NCBI GenBank assembly: GCA_004431415.1
Contig: QPMI01000180.1
Span: 1-64,000 of the forward strand
Source: Cyanophora paradoxa CCMP329
Lineage: Eukaryota > Plantae > Glaucophyta
Direction of reading: 5' to 3'
Length of the DNA stretch: 64,000 bases
Positions 61,676-64,000 of the stretch are shown here, piece after piece (positions within the stretch are counted from its first letter, which is position 1; the number at the start of each line of letters is the position of its first letter). A program made the position numbers and the translations under genes. The notes below the pieces were generated by a model. That model did not search any database. It was not told the origin of the DNA and saw only the letters and a program-made list of their open reading frames with translations.

Positions 61676-64000
61676 ATGGCCGCTTTCATCCCACCGGCCC
61701 TCCCGGCCGCGCGGGGCGCCGAGCGTGATTCCTCGACGTCAGTGAGCGCAGTCTGCGGCAGCTCCCGGTGAGTGCTTCTATCGGATTTTTTCCGCCAGCG
61801 CCACGGGCTAGCAGCCGCGGCCGGGGCGTCGCGCAGCGAGATTTAGCTTTCGATGATGCATCTGCTCACTCGCTTGCTCGTTGCGCAGGCCCTCGCGGAG
61901 CTCGACTGCTCTTGCTCGCCGCCCGCGATCCTCGCTGAAGCGGGAGTTCTTCGGCGATCAGAGCAAGTTCGGCACGTATGAGCGCTCCAAACCGAGTGAG
62001 CGGCCGCGTACTCCCAGACCGGCAAAGCTGTCTCACGGACCCGATTCCCCGGCAGGGCGGGCGCTGCCCACGCAGGCCTCCGGTGCCTCCTCGTCGCCGT
62101 CCTCAGCTGCCGAGCAGCAGTTCGTCTTCGATCCGAATGACACGCCCGCCGGCGGTGCGCCCCGCGGGGCCCCGATGCGCGCTTCGGATCTAATCACGGT
62201 GCGCTGGCAGGCTTCTTCCAGATGGCGAGGGAGGTTAGCTCGCTGCCCGAGGTCTTCGAGCGCTGCGCCGAGATGTACGGCACGGCCCCGGCGATCACCG
62301 ACCCCCACCGGGAAGAGGCGGCCAAGCTCAACTACAAGGAGGTCCGCGGCGCGGGGGGCGCGGGGCGCGCGCGCGCGCCGGACCGCGCTGACGGCGGGCA
62401 GCTGAACGAGCTGATCACGCGCTTTGCGTCGGGCCTGAGCGCGATGGGCGTGAAGGCCGGGGACAAGGTTGCGCTCTTCGCGGAGAACAGCGCCCGCTGG
62501 CTCGTCGCCGACCAGGGGACGATGCGCGCGGGGGCCGTCAACGCCGTCCGCGGCGCCACCGCCCCCATCGACGAGCTCGAGTACATCTACGAGCACAGGT
62601 CCGCCCTCGCCCCGCCCCGCCCCCGCCCGCGCCGCCCCGGCCGCCGGCGTGACGCGGGTCCGCCCCGGGTCGCGCCGCAGCGAGAGCACGGGCCTGATCA
62701 TAGAGAACGAGGCGGCGCTGGGGCGGCTGGCGCCGCTGCTGGCGGCGGCCCCGCGGCAGCCGGCGTTCGTGGTGGTGCTCTGGGGCAAGCCCCAGGGCCC
62801 GCTGCCTGGCCTGGGCAACACGCCCGTCCTCTCCTACGACGAGCTCCTCGCCCGCGGCTACGCGGCCCCCTTCGCGGCGCCCAAGCTCCGCGAGTCGGAC
62901 GTCGCGACGCTGATCTACACGTCGGGGACGACGGGCAAGCCCAAGGGCGTGCAGCTGACGCAGGGGAACATCCTCTCCCAGGTGCGCTACATCATCTCGA
63001 TCAAGACGGTGTCGCCGGGCGACCGGACGCTGGCGCTGCTGCCCACGTGGCACGTGTACGAGCGGACGGCGGAGTACTACTTCCTCTCGCGCGGCTGCCA
63101 CATGATCTACACGAACATCAGCAAGTTCCGGGACGACCTCGTGGAGTACAAGCCGCAGTACTTCGCCGCCGTCCCGCGCGTGCTCGAGCGCTTCTACCAG
63201 ACCGTCGAGCAGAAGATCAAGCGCAACCCTAAGGCCCAGAAGCTCTTCGCCTTCTTCTTCCGCTTCTCCCTCATGCGCGCTCCTCGCCGCCCCGCTCGTC
63301 TGTCGGCGCGCTGAGGCGGGGGCGGGGGCCGGGGCAGGTTCGTGCAGGCGCGGCGGACGTGGACCGCCCTCGTCATGGCCCACCGCCTCCCCTCCCTCTT
63401 CGAGCGGGCGCGCCCTCCCCCTCCCTTGTCCGCGCGCGCTCGGCTGAGGCCGGGGCGGGCGGGCGCAGCTCTCGGCGCTGGTGAGGATGCTGCTGCTGTG
63501 GCCGCTGCACGCCGTGGCGGACGCGCTCGTGTACAAGAAGATCCGGGAGGGCCTGGGGGGCGAGTTCCGCATGGCGATCTGCGGGGGCGGGGCCCTCGCG
63601 GCCTTCCTCGACGACTTCTACGAGGTCGTCGGCGTCCCCATCCTCATCGGCTACGGCCTCACCGAAACGGCGCCGACCCTCACCGCCCGCCGCGAGGTCG
63701 CCAACGTCGCCTACAGCGCCGGCCTCCCCGTCCCCGGCACCCAGGCGCGCCCGCCCCCGACCCCGCCCCGCATTCCCTCCTCCTATCCCCCGGCGAGCGG
63801 GGCGGGCGGGCGGGGCGCAGGTGCGAGTGGTGGACCCGGAGACGCTGGCGCCGGTGGAGGCCGGGGCGACGGGCCTCGTGGTGGCGCGGGGCCCGCAGGT
63901 GATGGCCGGCTACTACAAGGACCCCGAGGCGACCGCCAAAGTCCTCGACGCCGACGGCTGGTTCAACACGGGCGACCGCGGCTGGGTCACCCCCGGCGGG
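61676..64000 (+). CDS. Plastid long-chain acyl-activating enzyme (AAE15/16, cyanobacterial Aas acyl-ACP synthetase-like); 3' end lies beyond the window
   Basis: Transit peptide [23 protein letters not shown]; [27 protein letters not shown]; AMP-binding motif [16 protein letters not shown]; LPTWHVYER; GYGLTET; [26 protein letters not shown]. Confidence 0.92.

Overview
Very GC-rich, gene-dense eukaryotic nuclear DNA with many short spliceosomal introns, so most entries in the ORF track are fragments or shadow ORFs. Three proteins begin with an M-(S/A)1-3-F transit-peptide start (MSAF, MSSAF, MAAF). Together with the intron style this points to a glaucophyte alga such as Cyanophora (inference). 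I reconstruct 14 protein-coding genes, left to right: an ABCC/MRP transporter (partial), an RBM5/10-like splicing factor, BUD22/SRFBP1, a giant KP-43-type S8 subtilase, a myristoylated DUF4062-NACHT-TPR STAND protein, EPG5, a GT23 (FUT8-like) glycosyltransferase, a CCCH+RING protein, an FHA-AAA ATPase, a GT41 (OGT-like) protein with a signal sequence, a hidden 97-aa spliced orphan, plastid KARI, NOSIP/CSU1, and a plastid acyl-activating enzyme (partial). The most notable observations are: an NLR-like gene whose TPRs each sit on their own phase-0 exon; a secretory-pathway OGT-like enzyme; an apparently plastid-targeted ABCC; EPG5 in an alga; 5- and 11-nt micro-exons; frequent GC-AG introns with a C-rich/G-rich self-complementary layout around the branch point; and chains of overlapping palindromes in non-coding DNA. 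I found no tRNA, rRNA, CRISPR array or intact transposon. Gene boundaries were spliced by eye; internal exon structure was checked only where stated.
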